Below, in pieces: positions 41,988 through 55,637 of a stretch of 64,000 nucleotides of DNA. A program made the position numbers and the translations under genes. The notes under the pieces were generated by a model. The model saw nothing but the letters and a program-made list of their open reading frames with translations. It had not been told where the DNA came from and did not search any database. Origin of the DNA: Eledone cirrhosa (Eukaryota); NCBI GenBank assembly GCA_964016885.1, contig OZ024742.1, positions 227,230,001-227,294,000 of the forward strand, read 5' to 3'. The stretch's first letter is position 1; each line of letters starts with the position of its first letter.

Positions 41988-44123
41988 AGAAAATAAGATA
42001 GTTTTCATTTCGTTGGTAAAATCAAACTTGTGGAGTGAGTATGCTCTGTTAATGAAGAAGTATCTTACCGAATAGATTTCTCGACGTGAATAATTGACTC
42101 CTGCGATAGATTCGTGGGTAATTTCCAGGTTACACTAATTCTTGGAGTACGTATAACTTAATATGTTAGGAGAAACAAGCAAGGCGTGATTAGAAAAAAA
42201 AATTTAATTATACATTTTAACATGTGTTTCATTATCGAGCTACGTTAGAGTATACGAGGGCTATTTAGAGATATTAATATTTCCAATCATTCTCCCGCAA
42301 TACCATACACCTCAACAAATCTTCAGAAAATTAACGCAATTTTTAGAATTTGAGTGATAGTATCGAATGTAAAGAGGGGTGATTGATAAGTTGACCTATG
42401 GGCTTCCAGCAATTTTTGGTGTTACATAAATGTGACATGTCATTGGCTGAGAAATAGTTAATCGCTAGATCAAAGGGAATGATATAAGTGATGGAAGTTA
42501 CTATAGTAAAACAAATAATTAAACAGGCCGTAAATCTCTTTAATATTAGTAGCATCAGAATGACAGTTACAGATAAAGGTGAAACTTAAGTAGTAGATAT
42601 GACGCCACTTGGCTATGTAATAAAACTGGTTATTGGAAAGAGATAAAAGTGATAGAAATTGAGGAATGGAGGTAAAGTGATAGGTCATAAACATGGGTTA
42701 GCTAGGATTATAATTATAAAATGTTTTTAGGTATTAGTGCTTAGATTAGAATATCCTATATTGTATAGCGTTCAGTAATTTCTTTCCTGTCAACATTTCT
42801 AGTACTTCCATCGCACAAAGATCACAATAACTTTCTGTCATGTCTGTAGGGCTGGGCAAATCGTTGAATCAACCACGACAGATTATATCTTATTTTTTCC
42901 ATTTTTTAGTTTCCATATTTTTCAAACCAAAGCGGTAAATGTTCGAAGCTCCGGATCTTTAAACGTATGGGTATGCACATACCATCTTTTCTTTAAAAAG
43001 TTGGATATGGACCCCACATATCTAAATATACAATGGCTTGTAACTTGTAACTCACTGGTACACAATATTCTTACTTATGCATTTAGCCGATGGAGGGCAG
43101 CTATCGGGTTTTCTACAGTTACAATGTACCAGTACATGTGGATTAAAATCTGGTTTTTTTCGTTAAGGGTAGATGTGTTGAAGGGTTGCGATAGAAATAG
43201 CCGCTTGTTGTTGTTGTTGGTGGTGGTTTGGTGTGGTACAGTGGGTTGAGATGAAGATGAAGGTGAGGACGGATTATTACTTCAAATTGAGGTTTGATTA
43301 CTGTTATTCGTGACCGAAGGGGGTCTTTATATATATATATATATATAATTCAACTTTTTTATAAATTCTATTTATTCTTAATGAAATAATCATAGAAAAT
43401 AATAATAACAATAAAACTAAAATTTTATATATAAAAGGTAAAATAATAATTTCATTAAAATAAAATATATAAATCAAGAAAGAAGAGTGACACGGTTTGC
43501 TATACAAAAAAGGTTTTTAATCACATTGCTGACAATTGTTTCTCTGAACTGGTAGGTCTAGAGATCGCTACCCATCTGTTTTCGCGTCAATCGATCACCA
43601 ATACATAGTTGTAACCACTCAATTCATCAGAGCTAGCGAGAATGAAGGGAATACACAGGCATGGCTTCTAAATAAAGTAGTGGCATTCAATCAGAACAAT
43701 AACAACAATACTAACAGTGCTAGCAATAAATTATTTGAAATAATCACAACATCAATCTAAGTAAGACATAGAGTATACTTATGACTTTAGCATGTAAAAC
43801 GAGCTGATATGAGGCAGATGTATGAAATTGACATGTAAAGGTGTCATGGGGTGTATTATATGTATAGCAAACCGTGTCACTCTTCTTTCTTGATTTATCA
43901 TTACTCCAAGTGTAAACTACATAGAAATCACCGTGTACTCGCAACATCACTATGGAAACACCTTGTTGAGTCAAACTTAGCCAAGCGTTGATACCATCCA
44001 CTACTCGGAGTACCCTAACTGGACTACACCTAAGTCGACTACCTATAACAATAATCTGTTATTCCGTATATATATATATATAAATAAAATAAAGATCCGA
44101 AGGCATGGTATAAATTTCCAATC

Positions 44124-44183
<60 letters not shown>

Positions 44184-44238
44184 GATTGGAAATTTATACC
44201 ATGCCTTCAGATCTTTATTTTGATATATATATATATGT

Positions 44239-44516
44239 GGCATACGTCAAAACGGCCGGTCTCTAAAGTGAAACTAATTTTTGACAGTTACGTACGTCAT
44301 TATTTTCAATTTGGATTGTGAATACGTGATATTTTTTTACACACATCCACAAACTTATAGATGTATATACACATGTACAACATATATATGTGTGTATATG
44401 TACACATATACACACATATATATATACAAACACACATATATATATATACAAACACACATATATATATATATATATATACATACACACACACATATATATA
44501 CACACATATACACACC

Positions 44517-44550
<34 letters not shown>

Positions 44551-44694
44551 GAAATCCATACAATTGCGTGTGTCTGCATTATAATCATCTCGAAGTTTAT
44601 ACAGGACTATATATACACAAATCTATTCAGATGAGTGAGTGTACGTAACTGTCACAATTAGTTTCACTTTTCAGACCGGCCGTTTTGACGTATG

Positions 44695-44696
<2 letters not shown>
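44239..44696. mobile_element. MITE with GGCATACGTCAAAACGGCCGGTCT TIRs inside (TA)n
   Basis: About 57-bp inverted termini. Shares the internal TTAAGAAATCCATACAATTGCGTGTGT with 35555-36046. Confidence 0.85.
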
Positions 44697-44782
<86 letters not shown>

Positions 44783-46684
44783 ATAAGAAATGGAGAATCA
44801 GTGGTGCGGCGAATTAAAATTTATTAGACATATTACAAGCGTTTCTCTGGCGACCAGCTTGAGGCACGATCGATGCGATGATCGGACCTGACTCTGAAAT
44901 CGCAAGATCCTCAGATACGTCTGTATCTTTCGAAGCAGAGTTTCCAAATTGTCCAAATTAATCCCGCGGTCTTCTCTCGCCAGCTTGTATCGTGTTCTTG
45001 TTGGTTGAGGAATGGTCAAGAATTGTACACGTCATCGGTATTTCTGATCACTCATGGCCGTTCACTTTTCTCGTTCCATTCACATGTCACCTGTCAATCA
45101 AAGTTGTTTCTTTGAGCGGAATTACTGCTGTAGGAGGTAAGGGGTTGTATGGTTGAAACGCTCGCGCACTGCCGCAGCCGTCTCGGCTTGCAGACGTATC
45201 CATGTTTCGCGCAGGCGTGATACATATGGGCACGTATACACACACAATCACATACACACCCGCAACTGTATTATATACGAAAATCACAGTAAATATTAAA
45301 TGTACAGCGAATACTTAGAAAGAATTTTTTTTTTTAATGGAAAAAACATTTTAAAAAAAATAAAAAAAAAAACACCATCAAAATACCTTAAAAATCGCAT
45401 TTCAAAAAGCACTTTAAACAAAACGCTTGAAAGGGCCTCTCAAAAATTATTTGAAAAGTATTTCTGATAAATATACACACACTGTACTCAGGAAAGCATA
45501 TATACGCGTACTTAAGACGCATATGCTTGGAACAATACATATGGATGCACATATATACAGATGAAAAAACGGAAAATCTACACAAACATATGCGTACACT
45601 TACACAGACATGTACATATATATACATACATACACATGCATACATATATATATATGTATACACATACATACATGTACCCACGCATACACATGCACATGGG
45701 CATGCTTATACATCTCAAAAAGCTCATACTTAATGAATACCTACATATCCACACACACACACGCAACTGTGCACAGGATGCATAAAATATTATATGAGAA
45801 AACATTCGTGAGGCGTTGAACCTAATACATTCATGAGGCCGTATATGCCCGAAAGTGCATGCATAACATACATAAATGCAAGAATTACGTAGCAGCCACA
45901 TACTAATGACAGATAACATGGGGCGTACATATATGAATGGTTGTACGTACATACAATAAAATAAAATACTTGAAAAAGAATGTATACGTGAGAAAGATGC
46001 AAAGAAGGTATCTGTTCACGCCACCCGGATATTATTGGGATGTGCATAAAGTTACATAAAATACTTAAAGACTGTGATGCATAGGGTTATATCAGATACA
46101 GAAGGACTGAAGATCCAAGGGACTGGGTAAGAACCTGCACATCAACCATGCACATGAGACAGATTTCATGACAGGTGGACACAGGGAACCGTCTAGGTAT
46201 ACACAAAAAAGTTATATAAATCGGGAATGTGCAGAATATCCTTTTCGTAACAGTATATATGAAATGTACATGGAATGGATCCATAAATGGAATATACCAG
46301 CGGCTTGTGTTGTAGGCATGTATATGGCAACGGCAGGTAAAGTTAGAATTAACCTCAACATTAATCTTAAGTCCAACATCAAGTCCAACATTAAAGTTGC
46401 AAATTAAAAATTAAAAATCAAGAATTCAAAATTCAAATTCAAATTCAAAACCACACATAAGGTTGTAAACAAAATCAGACTTATATTGAGTCGGCGTCCC
46501 CATGTTGGTGAGACGGTGTTATCCAAGGTACGTAACGAGGTAGGTATCGTTGGATCTGTCGTTGATTTCAGCTTGTTCCGCGGGGCATTCATTGGTATGC
46601 TGTCGCATGTTGTGGTCCCCTGCAGGCGCCCCAACTGGCATCGTCGTACCGGTAGGGCCTTAGTTAGACCCATCCGGTATCACT

Positions 46685-47123
46685 AAAGCGGAAAGTGTGC
46701 ATTTACGTTAGTGTCTGCAGGCCATGATGATTTCAGATTTGAGATTGACTGCGTCGCCCTTTAGTTTTACTATCTCCATAGTCTCGGACAGGCACAACTT
46801 GCACCTCTTCTCGCCAGCCGAGTACGCATTCGCACGCTGGACGATACTCCAGCTGAGGTCAAACGTCGTGCCACTGTCTTTGAGTCCCCATATTAGGTCC
46901 GCCAGTCTGGTGGAGTGTCTGCTGTGCCTGTCCTTGAATTAGTTCTTGTGGTTGTACATACTCGATTTAAAAGTCGTGGATGTTGCCCCGATGTAGGTGT
47001 ACCTATCATTGTGCGTGGTAACCACACATCTGTAGACAACACCCTTTGTCAGGCACATTCCTTGCAGAGGGCACTGTTCACCTACACGACAGTTACATGT
47101 CCGTGCATCCTTTTTGTCAGTCC
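46685..47123 (-). pseudogene. Penelope-like GIY-YIG endonuclease remnant (not in the ORF track)
   Basis: Manual translation: TCNCRVGEQCPLQGMCLTKGVVYRCVV..YIGATSTTFK..YNHKN*F..TRLADLIWGLK..CKLCLSE..N.KSEIIMACRH. Confidence 0.9.
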
Positions 47124-47174
<51 letters not shown>

Positions 47175-47430
47175 TGTATGTATAGTATATTTGGCAATGA
47201 ACCTATGTTTAATTAAAAACATTTAGAAGACCATACGCTAAGCGTATGGTCTTCAAAATGTTTTTAATTAAACATACAGTATATTGCCAAATATACTATA
47301 CATACATTCATGTATACATCGCTATTTCAGAGCACCAATACTAATACCTAATTATTGCTGGACCGACAATCGCTCTGTATAATCAGCTCCTGATTATTAC
47401 TGGAATTCTATAAGAATTCAGCTTCTATAA

Positions 47431-47520
47431 TTTTCAGCGAAAGCAGGAGGCGTGTGGCTCTGATGAACGCCAACCAGCGTGAAACAGACTGTCAGCTTCT
47501 CTCCCTTCTTTCGCCGAAAA
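47431..47520 (+). ncRNA. Type I hammerhead ribozyme (best-formed copy)
   Basis: GGCT-CTGATGA-ACGC(CAACCA)GCGT-GAAA-CAG-A-CT-GTC|AGCT. Helix I extends through GGAG/CTCC and TTTTCaGCGAAAG/CTTTCGCcGAAAA. Cut after 47493. Confidence 0.88.
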
Positions 47521-48720
47521 GAAGTAAATGACATAGTCACTACTTTAAAACTGATAGCGTATGGTCTTCTAAATGTTTTTAATTAAACATACGGTATATG
47601 GCCAAATATACTATACATACATTCATGTATACATCGCTATTTCAGAGCACCAATCCTAATACCATATATATATATATATATATATATTGAATTTCATACA
47701 GTTAACATGTATGTGCGACCTTAGGTTTTGCGGTTCAGTTATGGCCACCACTGTATAGTGGCGGAGGCGTTCTAAAACTGGCCTCTTTCGTTGGGTGCAA
47801 GGACGAAATTTAAAGAAAAACTTACTTTACGAAAAACGCTCATAGTTCGTGAAAAGTTCACCTCAAGAACAAAGGAGGGAGACCCCCACCCCCGATAAAA
47901 ACCCTAGATTATAATAATACATCTCTATATGTATAGAGGGATGCTTGCAATTTCTGTTCAATCGATGTGTATGTATAGTATGTGCATGACTTCAGTTGTA
48001 AGGTTGTTGTCTTTTTAAAAAGATCCGTTAAAACACGGAAAAAATGTTGTATATTGTAAAATAACCCTCTTTAAAAAGCTAAGAGAGATAATTCTCCTTG
48101 AGAAAGTTTGGAGAAATAGACGAACGGCTTTTCTTTCGTATCCATATATGAAGGGTGTGAATAGATATGTGTGTGTGCGTTATCTAGTATGCAATGTAAT
48201 TTTGTAAAAGTTGAATCTCTCTCTCTCTCTTTTTTTTTCTTTCTAAAAATCAGAAATGTGAAATGTATGTGTTATCTAGTGTGTAATGTAATTTTGTAAA
48301 TCTTAAGACTTTTTTTTTTTTCCAATTTTCTAAAAAATTTCCTAAAAATATTAAGACCTGTAAACTAAAAAATATGGGGGTCTTTGTGATATAGTGTATC
48401 TAATATTGCATGTAGGAGTTAGGGGATATGTTATAAGTGCATATCTGTGCATATATAGGTGACAGAAAAATAGGGTTATGGAGGATTTAGCAGGTCTGAT
48501 GAGGGGCATCTTGGCGGGTGTGGGTTTCCAGTTAGACAGGGTGTGTTTTTGTACATATAAGCTCGCGTATCTGACGAGATATCGAAAAAGAGTCGGGCAC
48601 CGTCACCTTGATTGTACTTTGAGCTGATCGATATAGAAACAATTGTAATATGCAAATAAAGTTTGTGCGTATGCTGCAACACTGACTTCGATTCTTTTAA
48701 ATAAATATATATATATATAA

Positions 48721-49324
48721 TGAAGGGAAAGTTTTGGGTTGTTGTTGAAGAGGATAATAAACACGACACACACCAATAATTTGGGTTGATATATAACTTT
48801 ATTTCACTTCAGCAAAAAGAAAAAAAGAATATGATTACTTCGAATCATTAAAGTATAAAGCTTGATGGTAGCACACTCACAAATGAAAACAGTGTTGAAA
48901 GAGTTCTCTGTGTTTGCTGGAGAATCTTTGTTTAATATGCTATGCTCAATTGCAAAGTGAGAAGCTGTAGTCACTCAGTATTACCAGCAGAGGTTGTAGT
49001 AAGCTCGCAGTGACAAGGAAGCTGTGTTGTCTATATGAAAAGGCAGATGATTCTGTGTGGTTGAAGTGCTGATGGAAGAATTGCTGTCGAGCCCTTGTCA
49101 ACAGGGTCGGAGTTATTTTGCTAAGTGCTACATCTCGCTACTTGCTTGAGCAGGTCGAAGTGATCCTTCTCTTCCGAGGAACCAGAGTTGAATGACCTAA
49201 AGACAAACTTATCTTTAACCTCAAGTTGGCCAGCCTCTCCAGATCACTGACACCAACCCGAGATAAAGAGAAACAGCAACCAGATGTCATTCGGGGGTCT
49301 ATATGTACGAAGAGATTTCGCTAC
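48721..49324 (-). mobile_element. Probable solo LTR
   Basis: TG..CA ends and AATAAA about 80 nt before the 3' end on the minus strand, set between microsatellites. No clear TSD. Confidence 0.45.
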
Positions 49325-49381
49325 ACACAGACGCAGACACACATAGACACATATAGACACATATAGACACACACGCACACA

Positions 49382-49417
<36 letters not shown>

Positions 49418-49418
<1 letters not shown>

Positions 49419-49850
49419 GTTTACATCAGGGTTCGGTCCTCAGCCCGCTCTTGTTCATTATAGTCCTCCAAGCCATAACAGAGGATGCCCATGGGAACTT
49501 CTCTATGCTGATGATCTGGTTCTTATAGCAGAATCAGTAGAGGAGCTAGAGAATAAATTCTGGCTATGGAAACAACAGTTAGCAAGAGGACTGAGAGTGA
49601 ACATAGCTAAGACAAAAGTGTTGATAAGTAGAAGAGAGGACAATACTCCGATTCCATCAGGGAAATGGCCATGTTCGATATGTGGCAAAGGAACTGGCAT
49701 AAATTCCATAAAATGTACACAATGCAGATCTTGGGTACACAAGTGATGTAGTGGGGAAAGTTGTAGAAGTAATCGCAGTGATAAACACACTTTTCCAATG
49801 CAGGTTGGTTCTATAGAAGTGGTTGATAGCTTCCGGTACCTAGGTGATTT
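49418..49850 (+). pseudogene. RTE RT fragment with PHD-like finger
   Basis: LHQG..GCPWELLYADDLVLIAES..GLRVNIAKTKVL..GKWPCSIC..CTQCRSWVHK..FRYLGD. Confidence 0.88.
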
Positions 49851-49976
49851 GTATGTAAACTGCCATGCTATATTATTATAATGGATGTCAACCCACTGTG
49901 CGTCAATATATACATATGTTTCTATATGTCTCTTGTGTTGGAAAGGAGGTCAAGTATGTAAAAAATCATTGAAAAA

Positions 49977-50025
49977 TTGCTCCGAAGACTCCAAACCTCG
50001 GTTTGGAAGAAACAATTGTAAGCGA
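49977..50025 (+). ncRNA. Type I hammerhead motif with U4C core mutation (probably inactive)
   Basis: TTGCT-CCGAAGA-cTCCAAACC(TC)GGTTTGGAa-GAAA-CAATTG-TA|AGCGA. Confidence 0.7.
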
Positions 50026-50459
50026 ATAAATGGTTTAAACAGAACTTTGATTCATGTAATTTCTATATAACTGCTCTGTAGAACAACTGATGTTGTTACA
50101 TTGAGCTATCTATCTTACTGGTAATAAGGTAGTAATAAATTACTGCCTTTCACTATTTAGGGTTTAAAATATATATAACTATAAAAGGTTTTAGTATATA
50201 CATAACCATAAATAGTATCCTTAATACTATATATATATATATATACACAGATAAATCCACCAATTAATGGTAGGGTCTAAACCGTATGAAGAACTCAATG
50301 TAATCTGTATGTAGATGTCGTGAAGCAAAGTTTAAAATACAAAGTTTTCAACGATATAATTCATTGGATACAGAGTCAAAAATAGAAATATTAAAACAAT
50401 GAAATTAAACAAAAAAACGTTGTTTTTTTTGTGTGTGTGTGTGTGTATGTATATAATTT

Positions 50460-50495
<36 letters not shown>

Positions 50496-50702
50496 TGTAT
50501 TAGGGTGTATGTATGTGCATAATTATATATAGTGATTTGATGAATATTTTCATTGATCTTTGGCTCCATGAACTTGTTGAGTGCTCTAGGTCTGCTATGG
50601 GCATTTATATCCTTTTCTAAATATATATATATATATATTTTTATTTATTACTTGTCAAATTTTTATATATAAGATATTTATTTTATATTATTTTTGTTCT
50701 TC

Positions 50703-50747
<45 letters not shown>

Positions 50748-50777
50748 AGATCAAAAGATGGTTAAAGGAGTTCCATG

Positions 50778-50848
50778 TATTTTATTATGCGCATTTCAAA
50801 AACAAACATCATCATGCAATAATATTTGTGTTTTCATCAGATAAAACA
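50778..50848 (-). ncRNA. Type I hammerhead ribozyme (paralogue of 56160-56230)
   Basis: Minus strand: GTTTTAT-CTGATGA-AAACACAAAT..GTTTGTTTTT-GAAA-TGCGCA-TA|ATAAAAT. Confidence 0.78.
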
Positions 50849-50957
50849 GGAGAACATGATATGAAGGCTAAAAAACACTTGTGGATAGTGCAGTTTTAAA
50901 TCAACTTATCCGATATCTGCATTGCTTTATTGTACTACAATAAAACTCACCTCCTAC

Positions 50958-51000
<43 letters not shown>

Positions 51001-51099
51001 AGTTATATATGTATATGTATGTGTCTGTGTGTACGTATGCATACGTATGTGTATGTATATATGTGTGTGTAGGTATATATGTGTATGTTAGTAAGTATG

Positions 51100-51149
<50 letters not shown>

Positions 51150-51262
51150 AAAGTTTTATTTAAATTGTTGGGATACAACAAGCAAATATTTTTATAACTG
51201 ATATAAAGCACTCGACAAATATTTGGAGTAATAAATTGAAACTATATTTATAAAACCATATT

Positions 51263-51327
51263 TATTTCATTATATATATTTCAAGGATACCAAGTTACAT
51301 TATGGTATGCCTTCATCAGACAAAATA
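51263..51327 (-). ncRNA. Type I hammerhead ribozyme motif
   Basis: Minus strand: TATTTTGT-CTGATGA-AGGcATACCA..TGGTATCCTt-GAAA-TATATA-TA|ATGAAATA. Confidence 0.7.
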
Positions 51328-53568
51328 CAATATATAACAGTTTTATAAATAGACATTGACGTACCCCTTGAAAAATTGACCGTTGCTTTTGGAGGCCATC
51401 AGGATAGTGATTTGTTTACTTTAGTAAGTCATAGTGTTAAGAGTAAGTAAAAAGATGGAGAGAGAGAGAGAAACGTGGAGAAAAGAAAGGGAGAGATAGA
51501 TAAAGAAAAAGAAGAAATCAAAAAGAAAAGAGAACAGAGGAAAAATAACGGGAAGATATCAAACCATCAGACAGAGAAAAAATCCAGAGAGATATATAGA
51601 GATAGAGAGAGGGGGGAGAGAACGAAAGCCTTAAGTTATGTCATATTAAGTTGAGTTAACAGTTGGGATGAAAAGCATAAATAAAATTAGAAATATTAAT
51701 ATTCATGAATGGAATATAGATATATAATATGAGAAATTACACATTGTTTAATTATGATTAGATATTTAGTTTAAAATTGAGATCAATATATTAAAAATTG
51801 GAATTTAAACATTATAAAATATATATATATATATTGCTAGAGAGATTATCTATTGCATATTACATACACATAGGCAAAGGTACATATATATATATATATA
51901 CACACTCACTCAGAAAATACACATTATATCTACTCCCGCATATAATATATATATATACAAAGCATAAATGATTTTTTATTTATTGCCATACATTCCCTGT
52001 GTTATTAATTGAAAATTAAAAGTTTTTAGTATATATATATAAATATATAGGATTAACTTTCATGCATTTATGGCTGTTAAGTTATGCATATCTGCAATCA
52101 AAAACTGCATGTGTAAGCCTGTACATTCACATTCATAATTCTTAGCTATACATGAATAGATATGTGTGTGCATCTTCAATTGGTATACACGCGTCACTCA
52201 TGCATATATACAGACAGACATATAATCATAAAAAAACATATAACACATGTATATGTATGTCAACACACACATATAGATACATTAGCCGTACATAGATATA
52301 CGTATACATCAACATATAACATAGTACAGTTGAGTATATAAAATACAAAAGGATTATAATTTGGAAATGTAATTATATCAATATAACTTAAAAGGCAAAC
52401 GAATTCTACAAATATCAAAATACTAAAATATCCCAAAATATTATAGAATATTTTAAGTTAAAATAATATGTTTAATATATTTAGTATAGAAATTAATCTT
52501 ACGTATATTTTAATCAAGATATTGGAAGGACAAACTTTTAAAAATTATGAGAAGCTATCAGAATAAAAAATAAATCTAATAAAAATTATGAGAAGCTATC
52601 AGAATAAAAACAAATCTAATAAAAACAAATCTAATAAAAATAAAAAATAAAATGAATCTAATAAAAAAATAAATAAAATGAATCTAATAAAAAATAAAAT
52701 ATTATATCAATATAACTTAAAAACAAGGATTCTACAGATATCAAAATATTAAAAAGTTTAAAAATAAAAATAAAAATAAAAATAAAAATAAAAATAAAAA
52801 TAAAAATAAAAATAAAAAAAATTTTTTTTTAAATTTAAAAAGTTTTTTTTAAATTTAAAAAAAATAAAAAAAAAATAAAAAATAAAAAATAAAAAAAAAA
52901 TAAAATTAAAAAAATAATTTTTTTTAAATTTTTTAAATTCTTTTTAAATTTTTAAATATATTTAAAATTTTTTTTATGTGTTTGTATGTACGTGTGTATA
53001 TACGTATGATTGTGTGTATGTATGTATGTATGTATATGTATGTGTGTATGGCTATGTATGTGAATGTGTATGCATATATATATATATTTCTATTTCTATA
53101 TATATATGTGTATATATATATGTGTGTGGTTGTATATATGTATGTGTATGTATGGATATGTTGATATTTTTGTGTGTATGTATGTATGTGTATATGTATG
53201 TGTGTATATATATATACACATATATATGTGTATATGTGTGTGTGTATGTATATATATAAATATATATTTCGTTTCTGAATTTGTTTAGCAAGATTCTTTA
53301 TCTGAAATCGTGTGTTGAAACCGATATTGTTATACTTTGGGAGGGTCATGTTGCCAATAAGAAACACACGCACCAGTTGCTTTCACTTCAATTTATTATA
53401 TATTTATAAATTTATAAATTTACAAATTTACAAACTTATAAATTTCTGGTTGGTTGGTTGGTTGGTTCCACAACCAGATAGTTGTTTATATATAGTCATA
53501 GTCCTTTCGTCACACACTCTGTAGGATAGAAGAAAGGAAAGGCACAGAAACAAAGGAAAGGAATCCCC

Positions 53569-53613
53569 AGTCACTGAAGAGGTCACAGAGTGTGTGACGA
53601 AAGGACTATGACT
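53569..53613 (+). ncRNA. Minimal type I hammerhead ribozyme
   Basis: AGTCA-CTGAAGA(G)-GTCACA(GAGTG)TGTGAC-GAAA-G(GA)C-TA|TGACT. Confidence 0.78.
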
Positions 53614-54032
53614 ATATATAAACAACTATCTGGTTGTGGAACCAACCAACCAACCAACCAGAAATTTATAAGTTTGTAAATTTGTAAATTTATAAATTTA
53701 TAAATATATAATAAATTGAAGTGAAAGCAACTGGTGCGTGTGTTTCTTATTGGCAACATGACCCTCCCAAAGTATAACAATATATATATATATATATATG
53801 TGTGTGTATGTATATAATCGTGTGTTTGTGTGTGTTTGCATGTGTGTTTTTATTTTTTTTCCTTTCCTTCTTCCTTCTTCAGCCTCACTTTCATATAGAT
53901 TGCATTTTTGTTTTTTAAAATCCAATTCAATAAATAGACCAGGATTTTTTCATTCTGATGATTGAAAGCAACATTTTTTGCTTTTAAGAAACCACTGGTA
54001 AATGGAATAATTGCCTTATGTTGTTTATTACA

Positions 54033-54097
<65 letters not shown>

Positions 54098-54331
54098 CAC
54101 ATGTTATGTACCTGTTTTATCACTTGCATAAGTGTCTATTTCGATACTTTAATCTGATTGGTTAAAAATAGCAGGAAATCATATTTCATCATTCAGTAAA
54201 GAGAACATAAAGTTAGCACATGTAAATATATCCACTTTATATTTTGAGAATATTTAGTTAATGATTAAATAATCACTCCTGCCTCCAATATAAAGATGTT
54301 TATAACTATAGTTAGATGTGACTAATTATTT

Positions 54332-54485
54332 AAGGTGCGGGCATGATTGTGTTGTTAAGAAGCTCATTTTGCAGCCACGCAGTTTCAGTTTCAGTCCTGC
54401 AGTGTGGCACCTCGGACAAGTGTCTGCTACTATAGCCTTGGGTTCATCAATATCTTCAGTGAAATTTGGTAGGTAGAAACTGTGT
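54332..54485 (+). mobile_element. CORE-type tRNA SINE (diverged)
   Basis: tRNA-like head followed by GGCACCTCGGACAAGTGTC. Related minus-strand remnants near 13385-13530 and 63870-63960. Confidence 0.6.
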
Positions 54486-54514
54486 ATATATATATGTATG
54501 TACACACACACACA

Positions 54515-54563
<49 letters not shown>

Positions 54564-54611
54564 ACACTGAATAAATATATTAGTTCAACGCTTGAAATAG
54601 CAGGAATAGAG

Positions 54612-54647
54612 TCTTAACGTTTCGGACGCTAGTCCTTCATCAAAAGA
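54612..54647 (-). ncRNA. Minimal hammerhead variant (UUGAUGA core, helix III ACGU)
   Basis: Minus strand: TCTT-TTGATGA(A)-GGAC(TAGC)GTCC-GAAA-CG-TT|AAGA. Confidence 0.65.
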
Positions 54648-54788
54648 TAGAGTTAGAAATAGAAGATAAATAGAAAGATAAAGAGTGAGACGAGGAAGAA
54701 ACGGGGAAAAGGGTAAGAAAAAAGGGGCAAAAATCACACATGTGTATTCAGTCAGCCATTTCGTTATTTGTAGTTATATATATGTATA

Positions 54789-55289
54789 CAGGGTGACCCC
54801 AAAAAAACAGAACTCATAAAAATGTATTAAATTCTACAAAGGTCCAGCAAATTTCTTGAAATTTGCTGGACTTAAACTTCAGTCTGTATACGATCATTTC
54901 CCAAAGTTTCAGTTATCTTGGTCGCTTTGCATAAAAGTCATGTTCTTTCCAATATGGTTTTGTGACACAATCGCAAACAATCCAGACTTCATGTTTGGTT
55001 GTCTGACGAAGCGCACTTTCTGCTGTCAGGATATGTAAACAGCAAAAATAATGTTTATTGGAGTACAGCCTCACCGGAGGATGTGTTACAGAGGCCGTTA
55101 CACTCAACAAAGTGCACAGCATGGGTAGTAATCGCTAAACATGACATCATCGGCCCATATTGGAGCATATTTTGGAAAGAACATGACTTCGTACACAGAC
55201 TGAAGTTTAAGTCCAGCAAATTTCAAGAAATTTGCTGTACCTTTGTAGAATTTAATAACATTTTTATGAGTTCTGTTTTTTTGGTGACC

Positions 55290-55292
<3 letters not shown>
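54789..55292 (+). mobile_element. Internally deleted Tc1/mariner (rosa/maT-like) DNA transposon
   Basis: About 105-bp TIRs starting CAGGGT, with TA flanks. Transposase remnant WLSDEAHFLLSGYVNSKN..LHS.K.TAW..IIGPY. Confidence 0.9.
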
Positions 55293-55341
<49 letters not shown>

Positions 55342-55637
55342 GTTTCTACTTTAGGCACAAGGCCAGCAATTACCCAGTGCATTACTGGTACTTTATTTTA
55401 TCGACTCCGTAAGGATGAAAGGCAAAGTCAACCTCGGCGGGATTTGAACTCAGATCGTAAAGGGACGTAACTATGCTGGAAAGCATGGCATCCGACCCTC
55501 TACCGGTACTGCCAATCCACCGCCCACATATATATATATATATATATATATCGGATAAGAAGCACTCTACAGTTTGTAGGACTGGAGTATACATAATATA
55601 TAAGATCAAAAGATGGTTAAATGAGTTCCATGTATTC

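Noticed and set aside
42262-42332. Minus-strand hammerhead (CTGAAGA..GAAA-TATTAATA-TC)
   Set aside because: Helix III is palindromic, but helices I and II do not pair.
43563-43642. Minus-strand hammerhead (CTGATGA..GAAA)
   Set aside because: No valid NUH site and a poor proximal helix II.
44798-45060. N-terminus of a Penelope ORF
   Set aside because: The position is compatible, but no diagnostic motif could be recognised.
45825-45870. Plus-strand hammerhead-like TTCATGA-GGC..GCCC-GAAA-GTGCATGC
   Set aside because: The core has two mismatches and helix I is absent. It may be a relic but is unsupported.
48565-48600. CTGACGA-GATATC-GAAA
   Set aside because: No helix I or III pairing; treated as a chance match.
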